Of a stretch of DNA of 64,000 bases, positions 17,483 to 28,592 are shown piece by piece. Position 1 is the stretch's first letter; each line of letters begins with the position of its first letter. The translations under genes and the position numbers were made by a program. The notes below the pieces were generated by a model. It saw nothing but the letters and a program-made list of their open reading frames with translations, had not been told where the DNA came from and searched no databases. Source of the DNA: Candidatus Dormiibacterota bacterium (GTDB lineage Bacteria; Chloroflexota; Dormibacteria; Aeolococcales; Aeolococcaceae); contig OY970355.1 of assembly GCA_963718525.1 (NCBI GenBank), positions 2,464,001-2,528,000 of the forward strand, written 5' to 3'.

Positions 17483-17854
17483 CTGTCAAACGTACTCTGA
17501 CTGAGCGTCCCGGCTACCGACTGCGTGCGAATGGTGGCCGCAATTGGATGGAACCTCCGGCTTGTGCGATGTCAAGGTGCGGCTCACCGGCCTTGCGATC
17601 GGACTGAGATCGTGAGTCAAGGCGGCCGTTGCCCGGGCGCTGGAAGACGCGGAAAACAACCGTGAGTCAAGAGGACTCCCTCGCGGTCCCCACTGTCCGC
17701 TCCAATACCTTTGCGTGTGGCCAGCCTTGCATCCTCCTCGGGCACGCCGTCCACAACGCGGTCGGGCGGCCGTTACCATGCTGCGGTGACCGACGAAAGC
17801 CACGGCTTCGGACGGCGAGAGGTTCGTCCGACTCCGATAGCGAGTTGACGAGTT

Positions 17855-18301
17855 ATGCCCGATACGATGGATAACGACCTCCGATGGCTTGTGCTGCCGC
17901 TCGCAGCCGTCACAGCGCTGTTGGGTATCGTGCAGTTCGCAAGGCTCACCGAGCTCGCGATCCAAATTTCTGGCATGTCCGGCGCCCCCTCTTGGTTGCA
18001 CCTGTTGCTGCGCTGGGAGTGGCCTGACCAGGTGCTTTGGACCGCGCCGATCGCCGGCGGAGTCGGAGGAGCGCTCGCCTTCCTGCGTTGGCGCGGGTGG
18101 TTCGGTCGAGCGCTCGTCGCCGTTGCAACGCTGGCGCTAGTCGTCGCAGCGGTCGTCTCAGTCGGCGAGTGGGGCTGGTCGTCCACGGTCCAGCTGGACC
18201 CACTATCTGGCCGACCTCTGGTCGCCGTGTCGTTCTGCGCGGCACTCGCTCTCACGCTTCTGTCCACGCGTCGGCGGCCGATACAGGCCGTGGAGCGGTG
18301 A
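17855..18301 (+). CDS. Hypothetical membrane protein
   Basis: About four hydrophobic helices. No recognised family. Confidence 0.55.
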   Translation: MPDTMDNDLRWLVLPLAAVTALLGIVQFARLTELAIQISGMSGAPSWLHLLLRWEWPDQVLWTAPIAGGVGGALAFLRWRGWFGRALVAVATLALVVAAVVSVGEWGWSSTVQLDPLSGRPLVAVSFCAALALTLLSTRRRPIQAVER

Positions 18302-18347
18302 GCCCGCGGATCGCTGGAACCCGGCTGGTTTGTATTCAAAAAACCAA

Positions 18348-18424
18348 TGGTGGGCGCAATAGGGATCGAACCTATGACCTCTGCGATGTCAACGCAGCGC
18401 TCGTACCAACTGAGCTATGCGCCC
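18348..18424 (-). tRNA. tRNA-Val(GAC)
   Basis: GGGCGCA acceptor stem, TAGCTCAGTTGG D-arm, CTGCG-TTGACAT-CGCAG anticodon arm, GGTTCGATCC T-arm, encoded CCA. Confidence 0.98.
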
Positions 18425-18497
18425 CTGGCCCGCAACCGGCAGGCGTGAGCGCCGTCGATGATACCAGTGCTTCCGGCCGTCCCCCACTGGCCCGGAT

Positions 18498-18689
18498 TCA
18501 GACCCAGGCGACCGGCTGGGACTTCTTCCCGGTTGCGTGTTGGGCGGCCTGCAGGTCGTCCATGGTCACCTCAACGCGGAGCACGCCCTCGCAGCTGTGG
18601 CACACCAGGTTGAACGACTCGGGCCGGACGATCTGACGGGCGATCGCCTGCCGGTGCCCGCAGCATTCACACGTGACGACAGCTCGCAT
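18498..18689 (-). CDS. Small zinc-ribbon protein
   Basis: GGAGGAG RBS. 63 aa with CECC...CHSC. Confidence 0.65.
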   Translation of the reverse strand: MRAVVTCECCGHRQAIARQIVRPESFNLVCHSCEGVLRVEVTMDDLQAAQHATGKKSQPVAWV

Positions 18690-18802
18690 CACTCCTCCGC
18701 CGGGCCGGCCTGTCCGGTCCGCAAGGCCTCGGAGCTTCCCACCAGTGCCCCGGCACGCTGCCCAATCCATGGCTCCGCGACATCGTCGTTGCAGATTTGC
18801 GA

Positions 18803-20200
18803 TCAGGTCTGGTCGGCGCCCGCAGCGGCCGGTGCGAGGTCCGGTTCGAGGACCTGCAGACGCTGCCAGCCGAACCACCGGACCGCCACCGCGATGATGA
18901 TGAGAATCGCGCCAAGCGCGGCGACAACACGAGCCACGCCGATCAGATCGGAGACGACGCCCGCAAGCAGCAACGGTATCGCCACTGCCGCGTTGATCAC
19001 GGTGAAGATGCCGCCGAAGATGCGCCCACGGCTCTCGGTGTCGGTGCGTTCCTGAAGAACAGTGAACCCGGGGATGAGCATCGCGCCCAGCGCGCACCCG
19101 AACAGCACGCCCACGGCGACTGCGAGCGGGACCATCAACCCAGGGAGGCCGTGGGTGCGAAGCACGTCGGGAACGATGCCCATGATGAGCAGCGACAGGC
19201 CCGCGCCACTGATGGCGGCAACCAGGGTCTTGGCGCGCGGGAAACTCGTCCGCTGACCCAGCAGCGCGGCCGTGCCGATGAGCCCGAACATCGCCGGCAC
19301 GAGGACGATGTACGTCTCGGTGTCAGACCGGTTGAGCACCTCGACGAGATACACCGGCCCGAGCGCGAAGATGGTGAAGACCACAACGATCGCAAGCGTC
19401 AGCTGATAGAGCCCGAGACGGAGCGGCGGGCTGTTGCGGAGGATTTCGATGCCGTCGCGCAACTCGCGCAGGATGCTTGGCGACGGGCCGCTGACCTCCT
19501 GCTCAGCACGAAGGCTGACACTCACCCTCCACACCGATATCGCCGCAAGCCCGAAGAGACCCGTCGCGATGAAGAACGGTGCCTGGTTGCCGAAGAAGCC
19601 GATCGCAATCGTCGCCGCCGGCACACCGAGAACGAGGGTCATGATGACCGTGGTCATGAAGAGCGAGGTTGCCTCGGTGATCTGCTGGCGCGTGACCAAT
19701 GTGGGGATGCTCGCGGCTTCGGCGGGAGCGAAGATCTGTCCCGCTGAGCTGAAGAGCAGCGTGATCACGATGAGCGGCCACGCCTGACCGCGCAGCGGCG
19801 GGAACAGCTGCGCAATCGGGATGAGGAGGATGAGACCGGCGCGAGCCACGTTGGTGCCGATCATCAGCGCGCGTTTGTCGTGTCGATCCGCGTAGACGCC
19901 GGCGGGAGCGCTCAGCAGAACGCTCGGCAACGTGTACGCGATCATCAGCACCGACTGCAGCGATGCGCGCTTGGTGAGCGTGTACATGAAGACGAGCAGC
20001 GTGAACATGAGGAACTTGTCGGCGAGCTGCGAGAGCAGCTGGGCCAACCACAGGTACCGGAAATCGCGACGGCGAAGAACTGCGGCGAATCCCTTGCGCT
20101 GCTCGTCGGCAGCGGCAATCGCCGGGCGTGCCGCGTGGAGCGGCGCAACCTGGCCGTCCTCACGGGGCTCGGTTGCGTCACGGGTGACGGGCTGCCTCAT
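18803..20200 (-). CDS. MFS transporter
   Basis: DFRYLWLAQLLSQLAD, AGVYADRHDKR, about 12 TM helices. Confidence 0.92.
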   Translation of the reverse strand: MRQPVTRDATEPREDGQVAPLHAARPAIAAADEQRKGFAAVLRRRDFRYLWLAQLLSQLADKFLMFTLLVFMYTLTKRASLQSVLMIAYTLPSVLLSAPAGVYADRHDKRALMIGTNVARAGLILLIPIAQLFPPLRGQAWPLIVITLLFSSAGQIFAPAEAASIPTLVTRQQITEATSLFMTTVIMTLVLGVPAATIAIGFFGNQAPFFIATGLFGLAAISVWRVSVSLRAEQEVSGPSPSILRELRDGIEILRNSPPLRLGLYQLTLAIVVVFTIFALGPVYLVEVLNRSDTETYIVLVPAMFGLIGTAALLGQRTSFPRAKTLVAAISGAGLSLLIMGIVPDVLRTHGLPGLMVPLAVAVGVLFGCALGAMLIPGFTVLQERTDTESRGRIFGGIFTVINAAVAIPLLLAGVVSDLIGVARVVAALGAILIIIAVAVRWFGWQRLQVLEPDLAPAAAGADQT

Positions 20201-21078
20201 CGCGTGACCGACCTCACCTCCGCGACTGCGCGAGCGAGGAGCTGCCACTCATCGAGCCGAAGCGTACCCGGCCGGCGCCCCGGATCGATACCCGCGCCGG
20301 CCAGGGCAGTCCCAGCGCCGGCAACGTCGCCGCCGAGGGCACGCGACAGTCCGTTCCGCAGCGTCTTGCGGCGAGACTGGAACAGCGGCTTGGCAAGCGC
20401 GAGCATCGATGCCCGGATCGCCGGGTCCGCGTTGGGGGTGGGCACGATCCTGATGATCGAGGAATGCACCGCCGGTGGTGGGTCGAAGGCACTCGGCGGC
20501 ACGTCAAGGATGCGCTCGACGCCGGCAAGCGATCGAATGGCAACCGTTGCGAGGCTCCAGTCCCCCGGCGCGGCGGCGAGTCTCGCCGCCACCTCGCGCT
20601 GCACCAGCACGACGGCCCTCGCGGGAGGCTCTGCGGTTTCGACGAGACGCATCAGTACCAGCCCGGTCAACTGGTAGGGAAGATTGCCGGTCGCGAGCCA
20701 GCCGGTGGTGAAGCCGAGGGCGGCAGGATCGACGGTTCGGGCATCCGCTTCGAGCACGGTCACGTTGGGATTCGCACGCTGGGTGATCTCGGTTCCAGCC
20801 ACGCAGGCGGGATCGACGTCGATCGCCACGACTCGACGCGCCCGCGCTGCCAGCGCGCCGGTGAGCGTGCCGAGCCCGCAGCCGATCTCGAGCACCTCGC
20901 TCTCCGGCCCGGGGTCGAGTGCGTCGACGATGGCATCGAGGACGTCGCGGTCGATCAGGAAGTGCTGGCCGAGGCTGGTGTCGCGACGGAGACCGACGCG
21001 GTGGGACACCGCCGTGAGCGTCCTCGGGTCGGTGAGGTCGAGCGGCCGGCGGGCACGCTCGCGGGTCTGCTCAGCCAC
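20197..21078 (-). CDS. rsmA: 16S rRNA m6,2A dimethyltransferase
   Basis: LGQHFL, VLEIGCGLG, GNLPY, VQREVA, RRKTLRN. Confidence 0.95.
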   Translation of the reverse strand: MAEQTRERARRPLDLTDPRTLTAVSHRVGLRRDTSLGQHFLIDRDVLDAIVDALDPGPESEVLEIGCGLGTLTGALAARARRVVAIDVDPACVAGTEITQRANPNVTVLEADARTVDPAALGFTTGWLATGNLPYQLTGLVLMRLVETAEPPARAVVLVQREVAARLAAAPGDWSLATVAIRSLAGVERILDVPPSAFDPPPAVHSSIIRIVPTPNADPAIRASMLALAKPLFQSRRKTLRNGLSRALGGDVAGAGTALAGAGIDPGRRPGTLRLDEWQLLARAVAEVRSVTR

Positions 21079-21889
21079 CTGCCATGTCCATGGCGGCTGT
21101 CGCCATGCCCAGCACGCGATGGGCGGTGCGTGTTGTCGCGGCGCGCACATCCGCCACCGAAGCGCCCCGCAGGCGCGCCACCGTGGCCGCCGTGATCGCA
21201 ACTCGCTCCGGGAGGTTCGGCTTGCCGCGCTCGGGAACCGGGCTGAGAAACGGCGAGTCGGTCTCGACCACGAAACCGTCGTCCGCCACCGAGCGGGCTG
21301 CGTCCTGGATGTTCTCGGTACGCGGGAACGTGACGATGCCCGAGAAGGACGCGATCAAGCCCCGCTCGGCGCACCGGCGGGCGAACGCCGCATCGCCGCT
21401 GAAGCAATGCATGATGCCGGTACTCCCCGGGACGTCCCCAAGGGCGGCGAGCACCTCATCGTGCGCATCGCGGTCGTGGATGAGCACCGGCTTGCCGGCG
21501 TCGCGCGCGAGCTCGAGCATCGCTTGAAACGAGCGCTGCTGGATGTCGAGCGGCACCTCGTGGTACCCGGGACGAAAGAACAGGTCGAGACCAACCTCCC
21601 CGACCGCGACGGCCTTGGGATGGCGCAGCAACGCTGCCAGCGCGTCGAGCTGGCGGCCGTCAGGTGCCGCGGGTTCATGTGGATGCCAGCCACACGTGAA
21701 GTACACCCCGGTGTGCTCCTCGGCGATCCGGCGATTGCGTTCCGAGTCCTCGAGGTTGAGCCCCACGGAGATGATCTCGTCGACCCCTGCCGATGCCGCT
21801 CCCTCGAGGGCCGCATCCAGCAGCCCGCGTTCCTCGAGCAGCACCAGGTGGCAGTGGGTGTCGACGAGAGGCGGCAGCGGCTCGCTCAT
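21071..21889 (-). CDS. tatD: TatD-family hydrolase
   Basis: DTHCHL, HPH, GEVGLD, IHDRDA, HCFSG, ETDSP. Confidence 0.95.
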   Translation of the reverse strand: MSEPLPPLVDTHCHLVLLEERGLLDAALEGAASAGVDEIISVGLNLEDSERNRRIAEEHTGVYFTCGWHPHEPAAPDGRQLDALAALLRHPKAVAVGEVGLDLFFRPGYHEVPLDIQQRSFQAMLELARDAGKPVLIHDRDAHDEVLAALGDVPGSTGIMHCFSGDAAFARRCAERGLIASFSGIVTFPRTENIQDAARSVADDGFVVETDSPFLSPVPERGKPNLPERVAITAATVARLRGASVADVRAATTRTAHRVLGMATAAMDMAGG

Positions 21890-22569
21890 GGGTGTGCTCC
21901 GACCACCACCGTGCATTCACCCCGCGGCGGCCGCGCCGTGAATTCCTCGACGAGTGTCGCCGCGGTCCCACGGTGCAGCGTCTCATGCAGCTTGGTGAGC
22001 TCCCGGGCAACCACGATCGGACGCTCGCCGAGAACCGGCATCGCGAGGCGCAGTGTCGTGGTGATCCGCATCGGCGACTCGAAGAAGGCGATGGTCCGCT
22101 CCTCGCGCAGCGCATCGTCGAGGACCCGGAGGAGCTTGCCCGCGGTGCGCGGCAGGAAGCCGAGAAAGCAGAAGGCGGTCGCCGGAAAGCCGCTCGACGC
22201 GAGCGCGGCGGTCAGGGCCGACGGGCCTGGGATCGGGGTCACGCGGTGGCCTCCGTCGAGCGCGGCGCGGACCAGGAAGGCGCCCGGATCGCTCACCGCC
22301 GGAGTCCCGGCGTCGGTGCAGAGCGCGAGCGTCTCTCCGCGCTCGAGCCGCTCCATCAGCTGCGGGACGCGCCGTCGTTCGTCGAACGCGGGGAGTGAGA
22401 GCACGGGCTTGTGCACGCCATGCGCGCTGAGCAAGACCTTGGTCCGCCGCGAATCCTCCGCGATCACCGCATCGCACTCGCGAAGCACACGCAACCCGCG
22501 CAGGGTGATGTCCTCGAGGTTGCCGATCGGCGTCGCCACAACAGCGAGCGTTCCTGTCAGGTCGCTCAT
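21886..22569 (-). CDS. rsmI: 16S rRNA C1402 2'-O-methyltransferase
   Basis: [31 protein letters not shown]. Confidence 0.96.
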   Translation of the reverse strand: MSDLTGTLAVVATPIGNLEDITLRGLRVLRECDAVIAEDSRRTKVLLSAHGVHKPVLSLPAFDERRRVPQLMERLERGETLALCTDAGTPAVSDPGAFLVRAALDGGHRVTPIPGPSALTAALASSGFPATAFCFLGFLPRTAGKLLRVLDDALREERTIAFFESPMRITTTLRLAMPVLGERPIVVARELTKLHETLHRGTAATLVEEFTARPPRGECTVVVGAHP

Positions 22570-23420
22570 CGACCCCAGTCCCGCGGGTAGCGGAACTCCC
22601 GGTCGATGGTCCGGTTGCTCAACTTCGCGATGACCGGCGGGCGGCGCTTGTACTGGCTGCCGCGAACGCGCGCGACGACGTTGTCCACGTCGCCGGGGTC
22701 GAAGCCCAGGGCCACGACCTCGGCCCGGCTGCGCCGCTCGTCGACCAGGAGGTGCAGCACCTCGTCGACAACGGCATAGCGCATGCCGAGCTCGTCCTCA
22801 TCGGACTGGCCGGCCCAGAGGTCGGCACTGGGCGGCTTGGTGAGCACGCTGTGCGGCAGGCCGAGCGCGCTGGCGAGGGCATACACCTGGGTTTTGTAGA
22901 GGTCGCCGATCGGGTTCAGCGCACTCGCCATATCGCCGAAGAGCGTTCCGTATCCGAGGAGCAACTCGGTCTTGTTGGAGGTGCCGAGCACGAGCGCTCG
23001 TTCCGCCATCGAATGGTCGTAGAGGATGGACATGCGCTCGCGGGCCATCTTGTTGCCCCGGCGGGTGCGATCCGCATCCGGAAACTGCTCGAAGTACGCG
23101 TCGACCTGGGGTGTGATGTCGACGACCCTCGGGGTGATGCCAAGGCTGTCGCACACCGCCTGGGCGTCGATCTGCGACTGCGGATCGCTGCTCCGGTATG
23201 GCATGAAGACGGCCACGACGTTGCCGGCTCCGAGCGATGCCACCGCGAGCGCGGTGACCAGTGACGAATCAACTCCTCCCGAGAGTCCGACGATGCCGCG
23301 CTCGAACCCCACCTTGCGCACCCCGTCGGCGATGAAGCCCCGGAGCAGCCCGATGACGAAGGGAGCGTCAACCGCGAGCGTGCCGGCGTCGGAGTCGATC
23401 GGTCTCGGCGTCGTTGACAT
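22566..23420 (-). CDS. nadE: NAD+ synthetase (synthetase subunit)
   Basis: [37 protein letters not shown]. Confidence 0.95.
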   Translation of the reverse strand: MSTTPRPIDSDAGTLAVDAPFVIGLLRGFIADGVRKVGFERGIVGLSGGVDSSLVTALAVASLGAGNVVAVFMPYRSSDPQSQIDAQAVCDSLGITPRVVDITPQVDAYFEQFPDADRTRRGNKMARERMSILYDHSMAERALVLGTSNKTELLLGYGTLFGDMASALNPIGDLYKTQVYALASALGLPHSVLTKPPSADLWAGQSDEDELGMRYAVVDEVLHLLVDERRSRAEVVALGFDPGDVDNVVARVRGSQYKRRPPVIAKLSNRTIDREFRYPRDWGR

Positions 23421-24330
23421 CGTTTCTTTCGTCGCGCAGCAGTGGATAGGCGACGCGGGCGCGGCGGACCGCACTCCGCTCGAGGCTGTGGTAGAGGACT
23501 GATTCCTGGGCGCCGGCCACCTCGGCGACCACCGTACCCACCGGGTCGACGATGCGAGACCCTCCCCAGAAGCCAACGCCATCCTCGAATCCGGATCTGT
23601 TGCAGTAGAGGACGTACGTGGTGAACAGCTGCGCATACGTGCGGGTCATGACGTCGTAGCTGCCGGCGGTGCCGACGGCCTCCCCCTGGTGCAGGCCGCG
23701 CCCTGGAGATGCTGACGGGCAGATGATCAGATCCACACCTTGGCGGGCGAGCAGCACGGCGGCTGACGGGTGCCAGAGGTCCTCGCAGATGAGGATGCCC
23801 GCCCGCCAGCGATGCCTGGCGCGGTCCCCGAGTGGCGCGTCGAAGGCGCGGAATCGATTCCCCGCAGCCAGGTACCGCTGCTCGTCGAAGAGGCCGTAGG
23901 TCGGGAGGTAGACCTTGCGGTGGACGTGCACGATCTCGCCACCGCTGATGTACAGCGAGGCGTTGTAGAACCGATGCTCGGCGCTCTCGAAAATCAGGCC
24001 GGCCACGATGTCGATGCCGCCCTCGCGCGACGCATCGCGAAGCGTGTCGATCTCGGGTGCGTGAAGGCCGAGCGCGATCTCCGGGACCTGGTCCTTGAGG
24101 AAGTACCCGGTGAGTGAGAGCTCGGGAAAGACGACCAGGGCGGCACCGGTCGCGGCGGCGCTCGAGATGATCGTGAGATGCGCCGCCAGGTTCGCCGCAA
24201 GATCCCCGAGCCGCGGATAGAACTGCGCCAGCGCGATGCTCACCGAGCCGGCGGGATCGGGGATCGCCTCGCGCGCCGTCAGTGGCTCGTGAATCGCCGC
24301 CCCGGCTGGGGCCGCCACCACCGGTGTCAC
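23368..24330 (-). CDS. Nitrilase-family amidohydrolase (probable glutaminase partner of NadE)
   Basis: [24 protein letters not shown] (E-K-C triad). Overlaps nadE. Confidence 0.9.
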   Translation of the reverse strand: MTPVVAAPAGAAIHEPLTAREAIPDPAGSVSIALAQFYPRLGDLAANLAAHLTIISSAAATGAALVVFPELSLTGYFLKDQVPEIALGLHAPEIDTLRDASREGGIDIVAGLIFESAEHRFYNASLYISGGEIVHVHRKVYLPTYGLFDEQRYLAAGNRFRAFDAPLGDRARHRWRAGILICEDLWHPSAAVLLARQGVDLIICPSASPGRGLHQGEAVGTAGSYDVMTRTYAQLFTTYVLYCNRSGFEDGVGFWGGSRIVDPVGTVVAEVAGAQESVLYHSLERSAVRRARVAYPLLRDERNDVNDAETDRLRRRHARG

Positions 24331-27128
24331 GCTGGTTCGAGATCGTTCGAGGACCATTGGGCTGATTCTCCCACGGTCTCCGGCAATGCCCCCGAGTTGA
24401 CGAACGCATCGACCATCGCGGGAACGCGATCCAGCGCCGTCACCGCCCTCGGGGCCGGAGGCAGGGATTGCAGGAAACCCATCCCGTACTGACGGGTGCG
24501 CAGGCGAGGATCGCAAAGCACGACCGCCCCGCGATCGGTGCCGCTCCGGATCAGGCGTCCGAACCCCTGGCGGAGCCGGATGGTCGCGACCGGAAGGATG
24601 TACTCGCCGAACGGGTCGTGCAACCGCTCGGATCGCGCCCTGACCAGGGGATCGGTCGGAACCGGGAACGGTAGCTTGTCGATCACGACGCAGCGCAGGC
24701 GGTCGCCCGGGATGTCGACCCCCTCCCAGAAGCTGCTCGTCGCCAGGAGGACGGTGCGCGGATCTGAGAGAAAGCTCTGCAGGATCTGCCTGCGGGTGCC
24801 GTCGAGGCCCTGCGCAAGGCTGGCGATGCCGCGCGTGTCGAGGCGTTCCTGGAGGAGGGCCCATACGCGTTTCAGCGGCCCGTAGCTCGTGAACAGCACA
24901 AGGGTGTGCCCCTCGAGCCGCGCCGCGATGCCGTCGATGAGCGTGGCCATCTGCTGGTCGTGCCCCGGGTCGTCGTAGGCGGTCGCATCCTCCGGCAGGA
25001 TGCACAGCGCCTGGCGGAGATAGTCGAATGGGGATTGCAGGAGCAACTCGTCGGCGCCGGCACCGATCCCCACGCGACGCCGGATGAAATCGAAGCGACC
25101 TCCGACCGACAGCGTTGCTGAGGTCAGCACCACCAACTCGACCGGGTCGAACACCGCCTCGGCGAGGGGCACCGAAACGTCGACCGGCGCCTCGTGCAAC
25201 TCCGCCTGCTCGCCACGCATCTCGATCCACGTGACCATGCCCTCTCGTGGCCGGACGATCACGTGGTCGATCGCCGCGGCGATCCCCGCCAGCGATTCGG
25301 CAGCGTGCTCGAGCTCGTCATCCGCACGATCCGGTTGGGGCAGGAGTTCCGTCTGCAAGCCCGCCGGCGCACCCGACAGCAACGCGCCTGCGGTGCGCTG
25401 GAGCACACCGGCAGCATGCACGGCCGAGCGTTCGACGAATCCGAATCCTGGATCGCTTCGTATCGCCTCGGACAGACCGATACGGCCATTGGCCGCGTGC
25501 TCCCCGCCCAGCTTGGCGGACATGAATCCCTTGGCGTCGCCGAAGAGACGCTGCCCCGCCTCGCGGCACCGCTCCAGCGCCGCCGCGAGTGGCGTCCCCG
25601 CCATCGCCGGGATGCGGTCGAGGACAAGCGTGAGGTCCGCCAGCCGCTCGGTCACGCCGAGCTGCTCGGTGGCGACTGACTCCAGGTGGTGCGCCTCGTC
25701 GACCACCAATGCCTCATACGGTCCGAGTACCTGACCCTGGCGCTCATTGCCGGCGAGGAGGAGCGCATGGTTCGTGACAACAATGGCCGCATCCGCCGCG
25801 GCGCGTCGGGCCCCGACCATGTAGCAGGTCGCGGTCGGCCAGTTGGCGCATGCGGGGCCGAGGCAGTCGGTCACGTCCGACGCGACGCGTCGCCAGAGTT
25901 GCTCCTCGTCCCCGGCGAGATATACCTCGGAACGGTCTCCGGTCTTCGTGGTCGCAAGCCACGCGAGCATCTTCAGCTTGAAGCGAATCGACACCAGGTC
26001 GGGCTCGTGGCCCACGACGTCCGGCGCCACCAGGAATCGCCGCCACCTGCGCAGGCTCAGGTAGTGGTTGCGCCCCTTGAGGACGGCGACGGGCACGGGC
26101 GTGTCGAGCAGACCGGCCACCGCCGGGATGTCATGGTCTGCGAGCTGCTCCTGGAGATTGATGGTGTGGGTTGCGACCACCGCGCGCCTTCCCGTTCGCG
26201 CGGTCCAGAGTGCGAGCGGCGTCAGGTAGGCGAGCGACTTCCCAACCCCCGTCCCGGCTTCCACCATCAGGCGCCGTTTGCGCTCGAGTGTCTGACCGAT
26301 TGCCGTAGCCATCTGGAGCTGCGCCGCTCGATATTCGTAGCCCTCGCGGCCGGCGAGGGGTCCATCGGGACCCAGCAGCGCGGCCGCTGCGTCGCCGACG
26401 CCCATGCCGTCGAGTGCCTGCGACGGCCGGCCGGCACTGGTGCGCGGCGCAGGCGTCGCGGCGATGAGGACCTGGCCGGCGGGAGGCTCCGCGTCGATGC
26501 CCGGGCGGGTCATGACGTCGGCGAAGAAGGCATCGAACGGCCCGGGGGCCTGGGACGCCACGCGGCGCATCTCCGTCGTTGCCGTTGCCGGCAGCCTCCG
26601 GCCGGCGCCCACGAGGAGCCGAAAGAGATCGCCGGTTGCCATGGCGTCGCTCAGCGCCCGATGGGGACGCTCATGCATGATCCCGAGGCGGCGGCTGAGC
26701 AGCGGCAGGCTGTGGGTCTCGAACGTCGGCAGCAGCACCCTGGCGAGGTCGAGCGTGTCGTAGATCAAGCGCGCACCGAACGCCTCCGGGAGCAGCCCGC
26801 GGAGGAAGAGCAGGTCGAACGTCCCGCCATGGGCGATGAGCGCGGCGTCCCCGCAGAATTCGGCGAGTCGAGCCACCGCCTCCGCTGGAGGCGGCGCGCC
26901 CACCACGTCGTCATCGCTCAGGCCGACGAGACGCTGAATGGCAAGCGGAATCGGGATCTGCGGGTCGACCACGATCTGAAGTTCGTCGATCGGGCGCAGG
27001 GCGCCGTCGTAGCGCACCGCACCGATTTCGAGGATCCGGTCGCTGCGTGGCGAGAGCCCGGTCGTCTCGAGGTCGAAGGCGACCACGTGGTCCGGGTGCG
27101 GCGGGCCCGTGGTCACGCGCTCCATCAT
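24327..27128 (-). CDS. dinG: DnaQ exonuclease-DinG helicase
   Basis: FDLETTG exonuclease domain, EAGTGVGKS, VDEAH, SATL, FWEGVD, QGFGRLIR. Confidence 0.93.
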   Translation of the reverse strand: MMERVTTGPPHPDHVVAFDLETTGLSPRSDRILEIGAVRYDGALRPIDELQIVVDPQIPIPLAIQRLVGLSDDDVVGAPPPAEAVARLAEFCGDAALIAHGGTFDLLFLRGLLPEAFGARLIYDTLDLARVLLPTFETHSLPLLSRRLGIMHERPHRALSDAMATGDLFRLLVGAGRRLPATATTEMRRVASQAPGPFDAFFADVMTRPGIDAEPPAGQVLIAATPAPRTSAGRPSQALDGMGVGDAAAALLGPDGPLAGREGYEYRAAQLQMATAIGQTLERKRRLMVEAGTGVGKSLAYLTPLALWTARTGRRAVVATHTINLQEQLADHDIPAVAGLLDTPVPVAVLKGRNHYLSLRRWRRFLVAPDVVGHEPDLVSIRFKLKMLAWLATTKTGDRSEVYLAGDEEQLWRRVASDVTDCLGPACANWPTATCYMVGARRAAADAAIVVTNHALLLAGNERQGQVLGPYEALVVDEAHHLESVATEQLGVTERLADLTLVLDRIPAMAGTPLAAALERCREAGQRLFGDAKGFMSAKLGGEHAANGRIGLSEAIRSDPGFGFVERSAVHAAGVLQRTAGALLSGAPAGLQTELLPQPDRADDELEHAAESLAGIAAAIDHVIVRPREGMVTWIEMRGEQAELHEAPVDVSVPLAEAVFDPVELVVLTSATLSVGGRFDFIRRRVGIGAGADELLLQSPFDYLRQALCILPEDATAYDDPGHDQQMATLIDGIAARLEGHTLVLFTSYGPLKRVWALLQERLDTRGIASLAQGLDGTRRQILQSFLSDPRTVLLATSSFWEGVDIPGDRLRCVVIDKLPFPVPTDPLVRARSERLHDPFGEYILPVATIRLRQGFGRLIRSGTDRGAVVLCDPRLRTRQYGMGFLQSLPPAPRAVTALDRVPAMVDAFVNSGALPETVGESAQWSSNDLEPA

Positions 27129-27153
27129 GATCGCGGCCGCTGCTCGGCGTCGA

Positions 27154-27840
27154 TCACCCTGGTGCGGCCGCGACGCCCGACCAGAGGTCGAGCGCGGTGC
27201 GGACCACGTCGTCGATGCCGAGAACGCCGGTGTCGAGGTGGTATGCGCCGGGTGCAGGCTGCATCGGTCCATCGCTCCGCGATGCGTCGAGCCGATCGCG
27301 CTCACCGACCTCTCCGCGCATGAGCGCGCTGTCCGGATCCGCGGTGTGTTGCAGTTGCGACGCGCGACGTCGCGCGCGGACCCCTTCCGTCGCGTCCAGG
27401 TACAGCTTGAGTTGCGCGTCCGGGAACACCACGGTGCCGCAGTCACGACCCACTGCGACGGCGCCTAGCGTGGCAAGCCGGCGCTGCGCATCCAGCAAGG
27501 CGGTGCGCACCCCGGGAATGCTGCTGATCGACGCCAGCAGCGGCGCGTTGGCCGGATCACGCAGCGCGGGACCTGCTTCGATGCCGTCCACCGTCGCCGC
27601 ACTGCCCGCATCGTCGTGGGTGGGGTCGGTATCGATGGTCACCACGGTACGGCGCGCGCAGTCGATCAGTGCAGCGCGGTCATCCGGGCCGATCCCGGCG
27701 CGGGCGGCTGCGACCATGACGCCCCGGTAGAACAGTCCGGTGTCGACCAGCGGAAGCCCGAGGGTCCGTGCGAGGTGCCGGCCGAGGGTGGTCTTGCCGC
27801 TCCCCGCAGGACCGTCGATCGTGATGACCGGCGGTGTCAC
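27154..27840 (-). CDS. cmk: Cytidylate kinase
   Basis: IDGPAGSGKTT, DTGLFYR, GRDCGTVVFP. Confidence 0.95.
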   Translation of the reverse strand: MTPPVITIDGPAGSGKTTLGRHLARTLGLPLVDTGLFYRGVMVAAARAGIGPDDRAALIDCARRTVVTIDTDPTHDDAGSAATVDGIEAGPALRDPANAPLLASISSIPGVRTALLDAQRRLATLGAVAVGRDCGTVVFPDAQLKLYLDATEGVRARRRASQLQHTADPDSALMRGEVGERDRLDASRSDGPMQPAPGAYHLDTGVLGIDDVVRTALDLWSGVAAAPG

Positions 27841-28592
27841 CGTGGTGGGCGTGAGGCGGTTCGGGCGGCCGCGGGCATGCCCGCGGCGGCGCGGAGGGAC
27901 GACACCTCACCCGGCCTCAGCGCGCGAGCTTCGCCTTCGGGAAGCGCCCCCAGCTCCACGGGGCCGACGGCGATGCGCACGAGATCGCGAACCTCGAGGC
28001 CGACCGCCGCGAAGAGGCGGCGCACCTCGCGTTTTCGTCCCTCGGCCATGACCACCTCCACGACGGCGTCGGAGCCGGAACGCCTTGCGGTCACCGCGCG
28101 CGCAGGCCCGTCCTCGAGCTCGACGCCGGTCGTGAGCTGCTCCAGCTGCTCGGCCGAGATCGCACGATCAACGGTTGCGACGTAGCGTTTGGTCACACCG
28201 TGGCGGGGATGTGACACCGCATGGGCGAGGTCGCCGTCGGTGGTGAGCACGAGCAGCCCGCGGCTGTCGGCGTCGAGCCGCCCGACCGGCACGAGGCCCG
28301 GAACCGGTTCGATCAGGTCCATGACCGTGCGACGCTGATACGGATCGTTTCGCGTGGTCACGACGCCGGCCGGTTTGTTGAGGACGATAGTGACTGAAAC
28401 TGCCCGGCCGGGGATCCGATGCCCATCCACGCTCACGCGGTCCACTGACGGGTTGACGACGGTGCCGACGCGGCTCACCTCGCCGTTGACCGTGACCCGG
28501 CCGTCGGCGATGAGCTGATCCGCACCACGACGGGAGGAGACGCCGCGGCGCGCGAGAAATCGATTCAGCCGCTCCGGCGGATGCGTGCTCAC
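27837..28592 (-). CDS. rluB: rRNA pseudouridine synthase (RluB/RsuA family)
   Basis: S4 domain, NKPAG, VGRLD, EGRKREVRR. Confidence 0.9.
   Translation of the reverse strand: MSTHPPERLNRFLARRGVSSRRGADQLIADGRVTVNGEVSRVGTVVNPSVDRVSVDGHRIPGRAVSVTIVLNKPAGVVTTRNDPYQRRTVMDLIEPVPGLVPVGRLDADSRGLLVLTTDGDLAHAVSHPRHGVTKRYVATVDRAISAEQLEQLTTGVELEDGPARAVTARRSGSDAVVEVVMAEGRKREVRRLFAAVGLEVRDLVRIAVGPVELGALPEGEARALRPGEVSSLRAAAGMPAAARTASRPPR

Noticed and set aside
18348-18424. tRNA-Val 3' end as the island attachment site
   Set aside because: By eye I found no duplicate of the tRNA 3' end in 1-18.3 kb and no tyrosine integrase. The visible junctions map to the HNH gene. A partner repeat outside the window cannot be excluded.
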